Below, piece after piece: positions 38,076 to 46,651 of a stretch of 64,000 bases of DNA; the first letter of the stretch is position 1, and every line of letters begins with the position of its first letter. The DNA is taken from assembly GCA_046758965.1 (NCBI GenBank), contig JBHIBG010000004.1:39517-103516 (forward strand). The letters run 5' to 3'. Position numbers and translations under genes: made by a program. A model generated the notes under the pieces. That model was not told the origin of the DNA. It was given only the letters and a program-made list of their open reading frames with translations, and did not search any database. Origin of the DNA: Candidatus Methylomirabilia bacterium (lineage in GTDB: Bacteria > Methylomirabilota > Methylomirabilia > Rokubacteriales > CSP1-6).

Positions 38076-40358
38076 CTATTCGTCCTGGAGCGCCAGCTGG
38101 GACTCCTCCGCGTCCCCTTGCACCGGCAGGAGCCCGTCTTGCTCCACGAGCGGGCGGAACTTCTCCCAGAGCTCGCGGAGCTTCGCCTGGTAGTACTCGA
38201 CGTTCTCGTCGGGTGAGGCCGGATCCCACTGGGTGGCAAGCTTCGCCGCTTCGTTGACCTTCACGTTGAGGCCCCGACCCGTGACATAGTATGAGATCTG
38301 ATCTCCCGGCTGGTATGGGCGTGCGGACTTTAGGGCCAGCTCGTAGGGGGCCGAAGGGTTCCGTCGCCGGGCTTTGACTTTCTCCCGGTAGGCGTCGAGG
38401 GAGTCTTGAAGCGTCTCGGTCTTCATGAAATGCCTGATCGGGACGCGGTGGGCCGCAAAGTCGTCCAGGTAGCGTTGGACGAGTTCGGGAATCTCCTCGC
38501 GCCGGCCCTCCAGGAGAAGCCGGAACATCTCCTCCATCCAAAGCCGTTGGAAACGCTCGAGCCCGCGCGACCGGAGCCCCGAGCCCTTGATCGTGAGCTT
38601 GCCGGCCCCATCCAGGAGCACGTAGTTCTTCATCTTGTAGCTGAACATCGTGGGGTAGCGCCCTCCCAGCTCGAGGCGAATCCCCTCGGGCAGGACTCGG
38701 GAGAGATCAGTGACGAGCTGCTCCTCCCCCGCGTCATCTCCGACATCGGGGGGTGGCACGAAGTAGAGGCCGTCGGTGTCGAGCTCGATCACCGTGGCGC
38801 CGCTGCGCTCGAGCGAGGCCACCAGGGCCTTGATCAACCTGCGCCCCTCGCCGGTGACCCGGTTGGCCGCCTCGAAGTCGTTCCAGTGGCCGGTGCCGAA
38901 GGCTAGGTACCCGTAGAAGGAGTTGATGAGGATCTTGAAGGTCTGCTGGAGCGCGGTCAGGTGACGCCGTTCTTCCTCCTGAGTGGCCTCCTGGGCGAGA
39001 GACTTGGCTCGCAACCGGAACTGTCGGAGGTCCTGGAGCAGTCGGGGAAAGACCTCCAGCTCATCCTTAGCAGGAAAGATCCCGAACGTGAGCATCAGCG
39101 AGGGATAGAGTGATGCCACATCAACGTGAAGCACCCGGCGGGCCACGCCCTGATAGAAAACGGCCGTGTGGCCGCCCATGACCGCAGCACCGGCCGAGGG
39201 GGTTGGAACTGCGCGCCCCCGCTGGAGGTGCTCGCGCATCAGCAGAGCGTCGATCTTGGTGGCGTTCCCCTTGACTACGACATCCTGGTAGTCGAACGGG
39301 AAGATCTGCGCCTGGACGAAGTAGGATGGGGAGAGGATCCGGGAGAGCGCCAGGGTCTCCCGGACGTCGTCTCGCGCGTAGGCCACGAGCCGCGCCGGAT
39401 CCTCCCGGAACATCCTGGGGATCTCGTCGGGGACGAGGTAGGTTCGGGCGGGCGCCGCGACGCCGAAGTGGCGGGCCACGTCCTTCAGCCCGTAGGACTC
39501 CAGCTCCCGAGTCGCCACATCGTAGTGCTGGACAAGAATCCACGTGTCGACGATATGGCGCCCCCAGGCGTGGTAGCGGCGATAGCTGATCAGCCGTTCT
39601 GCAACCTGCATCCGGGAGGCGTGGCCTCTGAGCGCCGAGCCGTCCCGTCCCCAGCGAAGCTCGCTGCCGTAGCGCCTGGCCCGGGCCTCGAGGTACTCCA
39701 GGTCGAAGCGGAAGATATTGTGCCCCTCGATGATATCGGGATCCCGCTCCCGGATCAGCCGGGAGCACCGCTCGAGCATTTCGAACTCTGACAGCCCGCG
39801 CCCCGAAATCGCCTCCTCCCAACCGGTGGAGTCGGCCAGGGCGATGACGATGATCCGATCCGATTCCCGGAGAGCGTTCGGGAACTCAAACCCTTCGCCG
39901 GTCAGCACCTCGATATCCACCGCCAGCCGCCTCAACTCGGAGAAGGTCGTCCCGAGGAAGGACGTCTTCCCGGTGAGCAGCAGGCACTGCTGCACCGCGT
40001 CGTTGAGAAACCGGTACGGGGCCTCAGGCGCCCCTGGGCTCTTCTTGGAACTCTTCTGGCAGTGATCCCGGGCTTTCACGGCCGCCTGCCAGTGAGGGAA
40101 CCGGCCGAGCCAGCGATACTGCCCCGGCCCCTCGAGCGGGGTCACCTGAGCGTCGCCCTTGAGGCCCTTCAGGAGGTCGGGGTCGGCGAGGAGAAGAAAC
40201 GGCGAGAATGACTCGAGCGTCGAGCGCAGCTGGCCGTCCCGGCGCTGGAAGACCCGGATCCGGTCGCCCCCCTCCAGCTCGAAAGCGAGGAGGCCCCGGG
40301 TCTGATCGTGGCCGAAGAGGAGAGTGTTCTCGTAGAAGGAGAGCGAAGGCTCGCTCAA
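38076..40358 (-). CDS. polB: Family B DNA polymerase (Pol II-like) with 3'-5' exonuclease
   Basis: Exo DIE, GHNIFRFD, YARDD; polymerase DVASLYPS, KILINSFYGY, DTDG, KNY. Confidence 0.93.
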   Translation of the reverse strand: MSEPSLSFYENTLLFGHDQTRGLLAFELEGGDRIRVFQRRDGQLRSTLESFSPFLLLADPDLLKGLKGDAQVTPLEGPGQYRWLGRFPHWQAAVKARDHCQKSSKKSPGAPEAPYRFLNDAVQQCLLLTGKTSFLGTTFSELRRLAVDIEVLTGEGFEFPNALRESDRIIVIALADSTGWEEAISGRGLSEFEMLERCSRLIRERDPDIIEGHNIFRFDLEYLEARARRYGSELRWGRDGSALRGHASRMQVAERLISYRRYHAWGRHIVDTWILVQHYDVATRELESYGLKDVARHFGVAAPARTYLVPDEIPRMFREDPARLVAYARDDVRETLALSRILSPSYFVQAQIFPFDYQDVVVKGNATKIDALLMREHLQRGRAVPTPSAGAAVMGGHTAVFYQGVARRVLHVDVASLYPSLMLTFGIFPAKDELEVFPRLLQDLRQFRLRAKSLAQEATQEEERRHLTALQQTFKILINSFYGYLAFGTGHWNDFEAANRVTGEGRRLIKALVASLERSGATVIELDTDGLYFVPPPDVGDDAGEEQLVTDLSRVLPEGIRLELGGRYPTMFSYKMKNYVLLDGAGKLTIKGSGLRSRGLERFQRLWMEEMFRLLLEGRREEIPELVQRYLDDFAAHRVPIRHFMKTETLQDSLDAYREKVKARRRNPSAPYELALKSARPYQPGDQISYYVTGRGLNVKVNEAAKLATQWDPASPDENVEYYQAKLRELWEKFRPLVEQDGLLPVQGDAEESQLALQDE

Positions 40359-40840
40359 TTGAGCATGCCGACGAGGCGATGGAGCTCGCGCCGCGCGTGG
40401 GTGTACCGGGGCTCCAGCTCGAGCGCTCGCTCGAGCTCGCCGATCGCCTCGCGGAACTTTCCCTGCTTGATGTAGACCCGGCTCAGGTTGGCGTGCGGAT
40501 AGTGGCGTGGCTCGTAGCGCTTGGCCAGCATGGCCTTTTTGAGCCAGGGGATCGCTTCATCGTATCGGCCCAGCTCGATGAGGTACGCGCCGATGTCGTT
40601 ATAGGGGTTGCCGAAGTCCGGGTCCACTTCGATGGCGAGATGGCATTCGCGGATGGCAGCCTCGTAGTCACCTCGGAAGCTATGTGTCCACCCCAGGAAC
40701 GTGTGAGCCTCGGCGGTGGGGAAGCACTCGATTGACTTCTTGTAGTACGCGATGGCCTCCTCGAGCTCCCCTCCTGTCTGAGCCTCGTACCCCTTGTGGA
40801 AGTAGTGCTCAGCCTGCTCGCGGGCGGTCTCCTCATCCAC
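40355..40840 (-). CDS. Tetratricopeptide repeat protein
   Basis: About four TPRs (AEAHTFLGW, GNPYNDIGAYL, YPHANLSRVY); TTGA overlap with polB. Confidence 0.9.
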   Translation of the reverse strand: MDEETAREQAEHYFHKGYEAQTGGELEEAIAYYKKSIECFPTAEAHTFLGWTHSFRGDYEAAIRECHLAIEVDPDFGNPYNDIGAYLIELGRYDEAIPWLKKAMLAKRYEPRHYPHANLSRVYIKQGKFREAIGELERALELEPRYTHARRELHRLVGMLN

Positions 40841-40852
40841 GCGCTTCCCCTG

Positions 40853-41464
40853 TCAGGCCATCGACCCGATGACCCTCCGGTACTCGGTGAAATCCACCAG
40901 CCCCACCAACCGCCGCCCCCCGTTGACTACGACGGTGGGAATGGCCCGCACTCCCACCTGCGTCACGGCCTCCTCGTAATCCCGGAGCACCCACTCGCGA
41001 GCCTGCCCGCTGTCGTAGTCGGTGAGGAAGCGCGCCATGTCAGCGCCTGACTCCTTCACGACTTCCACCGCCTCCTCGCGGTTGGCGATGTTCCGCCCTT
41101 CGGTAAAGAAGGCGGCGTAGAGGCGGAGGTGCAACCGCTCGAACACCTCCGGCCCCTGCAACGCCACGCACTTGGCCGCCTCGAGCGCTGGGAGGCTCCA
41201 GGTGGGGAAGTCACCGCGGCTCCACAGGCGAAAGGCGATCCCGTCCGGCTCTGCCATGGTGCGGCAGCGCTTCCAGGCCTCCTCCCGGTAGGTCCCCTTG
41301 AAGGTGGCGGACGAATCAGGAACCGGACGGAGCGGGAAGGCCTTCCATTCGATCGTCAGACGGTCTCCCAGCTCTCTCTGAAGCCTCCGCAAGCGCACGG
41401 CCGCGGGATAGCACCAGGGTCAGAGGTAGTCAGCGTATTCGGTAATCGTAACTGTCTCGCTCAC
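40853..41464 (-). CDS. DsbA/FrnE-like thioredoxin-fold protein with in-frame TGA at codon 15 (probable selenocysteine, UPWC)
   Basis: SD GGAGA + GTG 41464; MSETVTITEYADYL-TGA-PWCYPAA; later AFPL, AFF.EGRNI, GVRAIPT cis-Pro motif. Confidence 0.82.
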
Positions 41465-41532
41465 CGGCGTATCTCCCGATGGCATTCTACCTCTCGCTCA
41501 TTAGCCGGTCAATTTGCGCTATGCTTGGGGCA

Positions 41533-42246
41533 ATGACCAAGTCCGAGCTTCGGGAGCATGCCTGGCGGCTCCTCGAGATCCACCGGGGAGCCCGTTTCCC
41601 CGGCCCGAAAGGCCGGATCCCCAATTTCGTGGGAGCTGAGCGGGCAGCCCTGGTCCTTCAGGCTCTCCCGGTGTGGCGACGGGCCCACGTGGTCAAAGTC
41701 AACCCCGACTCGCCTCAACTCCCCGTCCGTCGGATGGCCCTGCGGGAAGGGAAGACCGTGTACATGCCGGTGCCGAGGCTCCGAGAAGAGAAGTGCTTTA
41801 TCGAACTCCACCCCGCCAGGCTCGGGAAGAATCTGGCCAGGGCCGCCACGATCAAGGCCGCGGCCCAGTTCGGGCGGCTGGTCGGGATCGAGGAGGTTAA
41901 CCCGCTGGATCTGATCATTTGCGGCTCGGTGGCCGTCAACGGGCAGGGGGCCCGGGTGGGCAAGGGCGGGGGATACTCGGACCTGGAGTTTGGGCTCCTG
42001 CGGGAGGCAGGGATCGTGACGGCCCGGGTTCCCATCCTCACCACCGTACACCACCTCCAGATCGTCCCCTCCCAGATCGAGATGTGCCCCCACGACATCC
42101 CTGTGGATTGGATCGTCACCCCGGAGGGGTCACTCCGGTGCGCGGCTCGCTATCCGAAGCCCCCCGGGATCTACTGGGAACTTCTTCCGGAAGAGAAGAT
42201 CGCCGCGATCCCCGCGCTAAGGAGAGTCCGTGGACGCCCCGCCTGA
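41533..42246 (+). CDS. 5-formyltetrahydrofolate cyclo-ligase family (MTHFSD-like)
   Basis: GRIPNFVGA, KVNPDSPQ, GSVAV, RVGKGGGYSDLE, HDIPVDWIVTP. Confidence 0.9.
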   Translation: MTKSELREHAWRLLEIHRGARFPGPKGRIPNFVGAERAALVLQALPVWRRAHVVKVNPDSPQLPVRRMALREGKTVYMPVPRLREEKCFIELHPARLGKNLARAATIKAAAQFGRLVGIEEVNPLDLIICGSVAVNGQGARVGKGGGYSDLEFGLLREAGIVTARVPILTTVHHLQIVPSQIEMCPHDIPVDWIVTPEGSLRCAARYPKPPGIYWELLPEEKIAAIPALRRVRGRPA

Positions 42247-43135
42247 GCTGGTCAGGAAACTGCTGCCCGGGGTGGTGCACATCCACACCCAGGTACCTGC
42301 CAAGCATCCTTCAGCGAGCCTCCTCGGGACCGAGCGGATGGGGTCTGGAGCTATCATTGATCCCAGCGGACTCGCTCTCACAGTGAACTACGTGGTGATG
42401 GGCGCAGAAAGAGTGTCCGTCTCGCTGCCCCAAGGCCGACGCCTTACAGCCGAGCTCCTCGCCCAGGACTTCGAAGTGGGGCTGGCCCTGCTGAAGATCA
42501 AGCGCTCTGGCTTGCGCGCGGTCGAATTCGGCGCTTCGGAATCCGTGGAGCCCGGGGAGCCGGTGTTCGCCATCGCCTCGACAGGCCCGCAAGAGCGACG
42601 GGTCTCGGGAGGAGTGGTGACCGACGTGGGGGAGTTTGAAGCGTACTGGGAATATCTCCTGGACCGCGGCATCGTCTCAAGCGCGCCGAACCCGGGCTTC
42701 GGCGGTGGCCCTCTTTTCACGCTGGACGGGCGCATGATCGGCGTCGTTTCCCTGAACCTGAACCAGATTGCTCGAAGCTCCCTGGCGATTCCAGTCGAGT
42801 GCTACCAGGGGAACGCGGCGGAGTTGCTCCGCCACGGTCGCGTGGTGAGCCGGCCCAAACGAGCCTGGCTGGGCTTCTTTACCTACCCGGTGGAGGAGGG
42901 AGTGGTGGTTGCAGGGCTCGTGGCGAACGGGCCTGGAGAGCGCTTCGGGCTCCGCGAGGGCGATCTGATCGTCTCGCTGAACGCCGAGGAGGTCCACACG
43001 CGGAAGGACCTCTTTCACCGCCTCTGGCGGCATGCGCCCGGTGAGCGGATCACGCTGGAGGTCATGCGGGACAACCAGGTCCACATGGTCGAGATCACGA
43101 GCGGAGATCGGGCGGAGTTTTACAAGCTACTGTGA
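42230..43135 (+). CDS. S1C/HtrA-like trypsin domain plus PDZ, catalytic His and Ser substituted
   Basis: GSGAII, TVNYVV, LALLK, NPGFGGGPL, WLG, GLREGDLI. Confidence 0.85.
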   Translation: MDAPPELVRKLLPGVVHIHTQVPAKHPSASLLGTERMGSGAIIDPSGLALTVNYVVMGAERVSVSLPQGRRLTAELLAQDFEVGLALLKIKRSGLRAVEFGASESVEPGEPVFAIASTGPQERRVSGGVVTDVGEFEAYWEYLLDRGIVSSAPNPGFGGGPLFTLDGRMIGVVSLNLNQIARSSLAIPVECYQGNAAELLRHGRVVSRPKRAWLGFFTYPVEEGVVVAGLVANGPGERFGLREGDLIVSLNAEEVHTRKDLFHRLWRHAPGERITLEVMRDNQVHMVEITSGDRAEFYKLL

Positions 43136-43259
43136 TCTGCCGGACCCAGGAGTACGTCTCCACACTGGCCGCGACCGGTTGGATATGCTATCCTCACCTG
43201 CGCCGCGCGGGAGAAATTCATCCTCGGTTACGGCCGCGGGATCTGAGAGGAGGATTCCT

Positions 43260-44171
43260 ATGATGCTGAAGGACAAGGTGGCGGTGGTCACCGGTGCAGC
43301 CAGAGGAATTGGCCGTGAGATCGCTCTCCTGATGGCCAGGGAGGGGGCCAAGGTCGTGGTCAACGACTTAGGGGGGAAAGAGGATGGCAGCGGCGCTGCG
43401 ACGGCTCCCGCTGACGAGGTCGTGAGCGAGATCAAGGCCCTCGGCGGGCAGGGCGTCGCGAACTACGACTCCGTCGCCAGCATGGCGGGCGGGCAGAACA
43501 TCATCCAGACAAGCCTGGACCATTTTGGCCGGGTAGACATCGTGGTGAACAATGCCGGCATTCTACGGGACCGCATGATCTTCAACATGAGCGAGGAAGA
43601 GTGGGACGCCGTCCTAGCCACCCACCTCAAGGGGACCTTCGTCGTGACCCGTGCGGTGGTGCCTCATATGAGGGAGCAGAAGTGGGGCCGCATCATCAAC
43701 ATGACGTCCACCTCCGGATTGGTCGGCAACGTGGGGCAGGCCAACTACGCCGCGGCCAAGATGGGGATCGTCGGGTTCACGAAAGTAGTGGCCCTGGACA
43801 TGGCGCGGTACAACGTCACGGCCAACTGCATCTCTCCCTTCGCGTGGACCCGGATGATCGGAACGATCCCCACCGAGACCGAGGCTCAGCGAGAGCGGGT
43901 GGAGAAGCTCAAGCAGCTCTCCCCGGCCTTCATCGCCCCCCTGGCGGCCTACCTGGCCTCGGAGGAGGCCAAGGATGTGTCGGGGCAGGTCTTTGGCGTG
44001 CGGGCCAAGGAGATCATGCTCTTTTGCCAGATGCGCCCGACGCGGGCGATCCACCACGCCGAGGGCTGGACACCCCAGCGCCTGGCCGAGATCTTTCCCG
44101 GAACGCTCCGCCACCACCTGCGCCCGCTGGAGACCTCTGGCCAATACTTCAGCTACGACCCACTCGTGTAG
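43260..44171 (+). CDS. SDR oxidoreductase (3-hydroxyacyl-CoA dehydrogenase-like)
   Basis: TGAARGIG, VVNDLG, NNAGILRD, YAAAK; SD GAGGAGG. Confidence 0.92.
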   Translation: MMLKDKVAVVTGAARGIGREIALLMAREGAKVVVNDLGGKEDGSGAATAPADEVVSEIKALGGQGVANYDSVASMAGGQNIIQTSLDHFGRVDIVVNNAGILRDRMIFNMSEEEWDAVLATHLKGTFVVTRAVVPHMREQKWGRIINMTSTSGLVGNVGQANYAAAKMGIVGFTKVVALDMARYNVTANCISPFAWTRMIGTIPTETEAQRERVEKLKQLSPAFIAPLAAYLASEEAKDVSGQVFGVRAKEIMLFCQMRPTRAIHHAEGWTPQRLAEIFPGTLRHHLRPLETSGQYFSYDPLV

Positions 44172-44231
44172 GTGACGGTGGCCGACTCCATTGCCGGTGA
44201 AGCCATCGAGGTCGATGGCGGGCTGGGTATG
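44172..44231 (+). pseudogene. Possible C-terminal remnant of a second SDR gene
   Basis: Translates ADSIAGEAIEVDGGLGM, like the SDR end motif (I/V)TG.xI.VDGG. Confidence 0.45.
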
Positions 44232-44246
44232 CGGGAGGTGGGTCCG

Positions 44247-44654
44247 GTGAGCCGGCACGAGCTGCTCCGGATTCTTCGGGCCACCCCGGACCGCGTGGTC
44301 GACCTGGCGCGGGGCCTCTCGCCAAACCAGCTTGCCCGCCGGCCCAGCGAGGGGGAGTGGAAGCGAATGCTCTTCGAAGAAGCCGCGGTCTTCCCCTCCT
44401 CGGCTTCGAGCCGGACCGGGCTTGGCGCCGAGCCAACCGCCCACGATTTCCACGCCCACCTTGCTGCCTTCCGCCGGGTCCGCGAGGAAACGTTGGCGTT
44501 CCTGGAGGCGCTGAACGACTCCGATTGGCGGCGGACCGGGACGACTCCGATCCGCGGAACTCTCACCATCCAGGCATACGCCCACTATCTGGCCGAGCAC
44601 GACCTCGAGCATCTGGCCCAGCTCGAGAGCACCCACGCGGCGGGGGAGCGCTGA
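44247..44654 (+). pseudogene. DinB-family protein with apparent in-frame internal deletion
   Basis: LRATP, RPSEGEW joined directly to KRML; FRRVREETL, WRRTG, EHDLEHLAQ; first His-bearing helix missing. Confidence 0.6.
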
Positions 44655-44677
44655 TCGGCCCACGACGCTCGAGGTCG

Positions 44678-45244
44678 GTGGAGTCATCTCGGGGCGAGGG
44701 ACGGGGGGCGGGAACTCACGGTCGGGTGCATCTCCTGACCGGCCGCCCCGGGGTAGGGAAGACCACCTGCCTCAAGAGAGCGCTCGAGCTGCTCCGCATG
44801 CCGGCGGGGGGCTTCCTGACCGACGAGATCCGCAAGCGGGGACGCCGGACCGGGTTTGCCCTGCTGACGCTCGACGGTCGGCGGACAACCCTGGCCGAGG
44901 AGGGTCGCTCTGAGGGTCCCCGGGTCGGCAAGTACCGCGTGAACGTCGCCGCCATTGAACAGGTGGCCGTCCCGGCCGTTCGGGAGGCCATCGAGAGGGG
45001 GTGGGTCGTGATCATCGATGAGATCGGGAAGATGGAGATGGCGGCGCCGGCCTTTCGGCAGGTGGTCGAGGAAGCCCTCGAGCGTCCCGTGACCGTGCTG
45101 GGGACCATCCTCACGGCCCCCCACCCCTGGACCGATCGGGTGAAGGCCCACCCGGCTGTCCGGCTCGTCGAGGTGACGCCCGTCAACCGCGACTCGCTCC
45201 CCGGCTACCTCGCCGGCCTGGCCGCTTCCCGATTCTCCATTTGA
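44678..45244 (+). CDS. Nucleoside triphosphatase (THEP1/NTPase_1 family)
   Basis: TGRPGVGKT, GGFLT, VGKYRV, IIDEIGKME; start uncertain (44678 or 44726). Confidence 0.9.
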   Translation: MESSRGEGRGAGTHGRVHLLTGRPGVGKTTCLKRALELLRMPAGGFLTDEIRKRGRRTGFALLTLDGRRTTLAEEGRSEGPRVGKYRVNVAAIEQVAVPAVREAIERGWVVIIDEIGKMEMAAPAFRQVVEEALERPVTVLGTILTAPHPWTDRVKAHPAVRLVEVTPVNRDSLPGYLAGLAASRFSI

Positions 45245-45270
45245 CATTTTCCGCGCCGGAGTGTTAAGTG
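45241..45270 (+). promoter_or_regulatory. Probable promoter of the thrC operon
   Basis: TTGACA followed after 17-18 nt by a weak TGtTAAGT element. Confidence 0.4.
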
Positions 45271-45392
45271 GTGGGAATTCTGGCGATGCTGCATCGTGCC
45301 GTGTGGGTATCCGCCGGGTCGGCGATGGGGGGCAGTGACCCTCGATCGCGAAACGTTAACCGGGGCTCAAATCCCCAACCTGGGAGTTGCCC

Positions 45393-46637
45393 ATGGAAAA
45401 GGTCAACGGCCTCAAGTGCCGGGAATGCGGGCGGGGCTCCCCGCTGGCGCCCGTGCATGTATGCGAGTTCTGCTTCGGTCCCCTCGAGGTGGACTACCGC
45501 TACGACGCCTTGAAGGGGAGCGTGACCCGTCAGTCGATCGCCGCCGGTCCCCCCAGCATCTGGCGTTACAAGGATCTGCTCCCCATCGACGGAGCGGTGG
45601 TGGTTGGCCACCACGTGGGGTTCACCCCGCTGAGCCGCGCTCAGAACCTGGGGCAGGAGCTCGGCCTCGCGGAACTCTACATCAAGAACGACTCCGTCTG
45701 CCACCCGACCTGGTCCTTCAAGGACCGGGTGGTCTCCGTGGCGGTGACCCGGGCTCTCGAGTTCGGCTTCGATACCGTCGCCTGTGCTTCGACCGGCAAC
45801 CTGGCCAATTCAGTGGCGGCGCACGCGGCCGAAGCCCGCCTCAAGAGCTACATCTTCATTCCAGCCGACCTGGAGCCGGGGAAGGTGGTGGGGACGCTGG
45901 TGTATCATCCGACCCTGGTCGCTGTCGAGGGGACTTATGACGAGGTGAACCGGCTCTGCTCGGAAGTGGCGGACAAGTACCGCTGGGCGTTCGTCAACAT
46001 CAACATCCGCCCGTACTACTCCGAAGGCTCGAAGACCGTCGGGTACGAGATCGTCGAGCAGCTCGGCTGGCGCGCGCCGGCTCATATTGTGGTGCCGTGC
46101 GCCGGCGGGTCGCTCATCACCAAGATCTGGAAGGCGATCAAGGAGTGCCGCTCCCTGGGTCTGGTCGATCCCACAACCACGCGCATGCACGCGGCCCAGG
46201 CCGCTGGCTGCGGGCCCATTGTCACGATGATCAAGAACGACACCGACGTGCTTCGGCCGGTGCGTCCCAACACCATTGCGAAGTCGCTGGCCATCGGGAA
46301 TCCGGCCGACGGCTATTACGCCTTCCGGGCGGTGAAGGATTCCGGGGGTGCCGGTGAGTACGCCACGGACGAGGAGATTATCGAAGGGATCCTGCTCCTG
46401 GCGCGAACCGAGGGGATCTTTACCGAGACGGCAGGGGGCGTGACCGTGGCCGTGGCGAAGAAGCTGATCGATGCCGGCGTGATCCCGCGCGATGACCCGG
46501 TGGTGATCTGCATCACCGGCCACGGGCTCAAGACCCCGGACGTGCTCCATGACCGGCTTCAAACCCATGTCAGGATTCGACCCTCGCTGTCGGCCTTCGA
46601 CCATGCCCTGGCCGACCTGAAATCGCAAACCCTGTAG
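45393..46637 (+). CDS. thrC: Threonine synthase (PLP) with N-terminal zinc ribbon
   Basis: CRECG...CEFC, PTWSFKDR, ASTGN, EGSKT, TIAKSLAIGNP, TGHGLK. Confidence 0.9.
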   Translation: MEKVNGLKCRECGRGSPLAPVHVCEFCFGPLEVDYRYDALKGSVTRQSIAAGPPSIWRYKDLLPIDGAVVVGHHVGFTPLSRAQNLGQELGLAELYIKNDSVCHPTWSFKDRVVSVAVTRALEFGFDTVACASTGNLANSVAAHAAEARLKSYIFIPADLEPGKVVGTLVYHPTLVAVEGTYDEVNRLCSEVADKYRWAFVNINIRPYYSEGSKTVGYEIVEQLGWRAPAHIVVPCAGGSLITKIWKAIKECRSLGLVDPTTTRMHAAQAAGCGPIVTMIKNDTDVLRPVRPNTIAKSLAIGNPADGYYAFRAVKDSGGAGEYATDEEIIEGILLLARTEGIFTETAGGVTVAVAKKLIDAGVIPRDDPVVICITGHGLKTPDVLHDRLQTHVRIRPSLSAFDHALADLKSQTL

Positions 46638-46651
46638 GAGGAGGTTCGAGC

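Noticed and set aside
45345..45380. GTTAACC followed by GGGG-CTCAAAT-CCCC resembles tRNA anticodon and T arms
   Set aside because: No acceptor stem, D arm or correct spacing, and the TTC of the T loop is missing.
45271..45392. SAM-I riboswitch expected upstream of a thrC-MoaD operon
   Set aside because: Core SAM-I elements (ATC.AGAG, GGC..GATGA, GCAACC, GTGC.AA) were not found.
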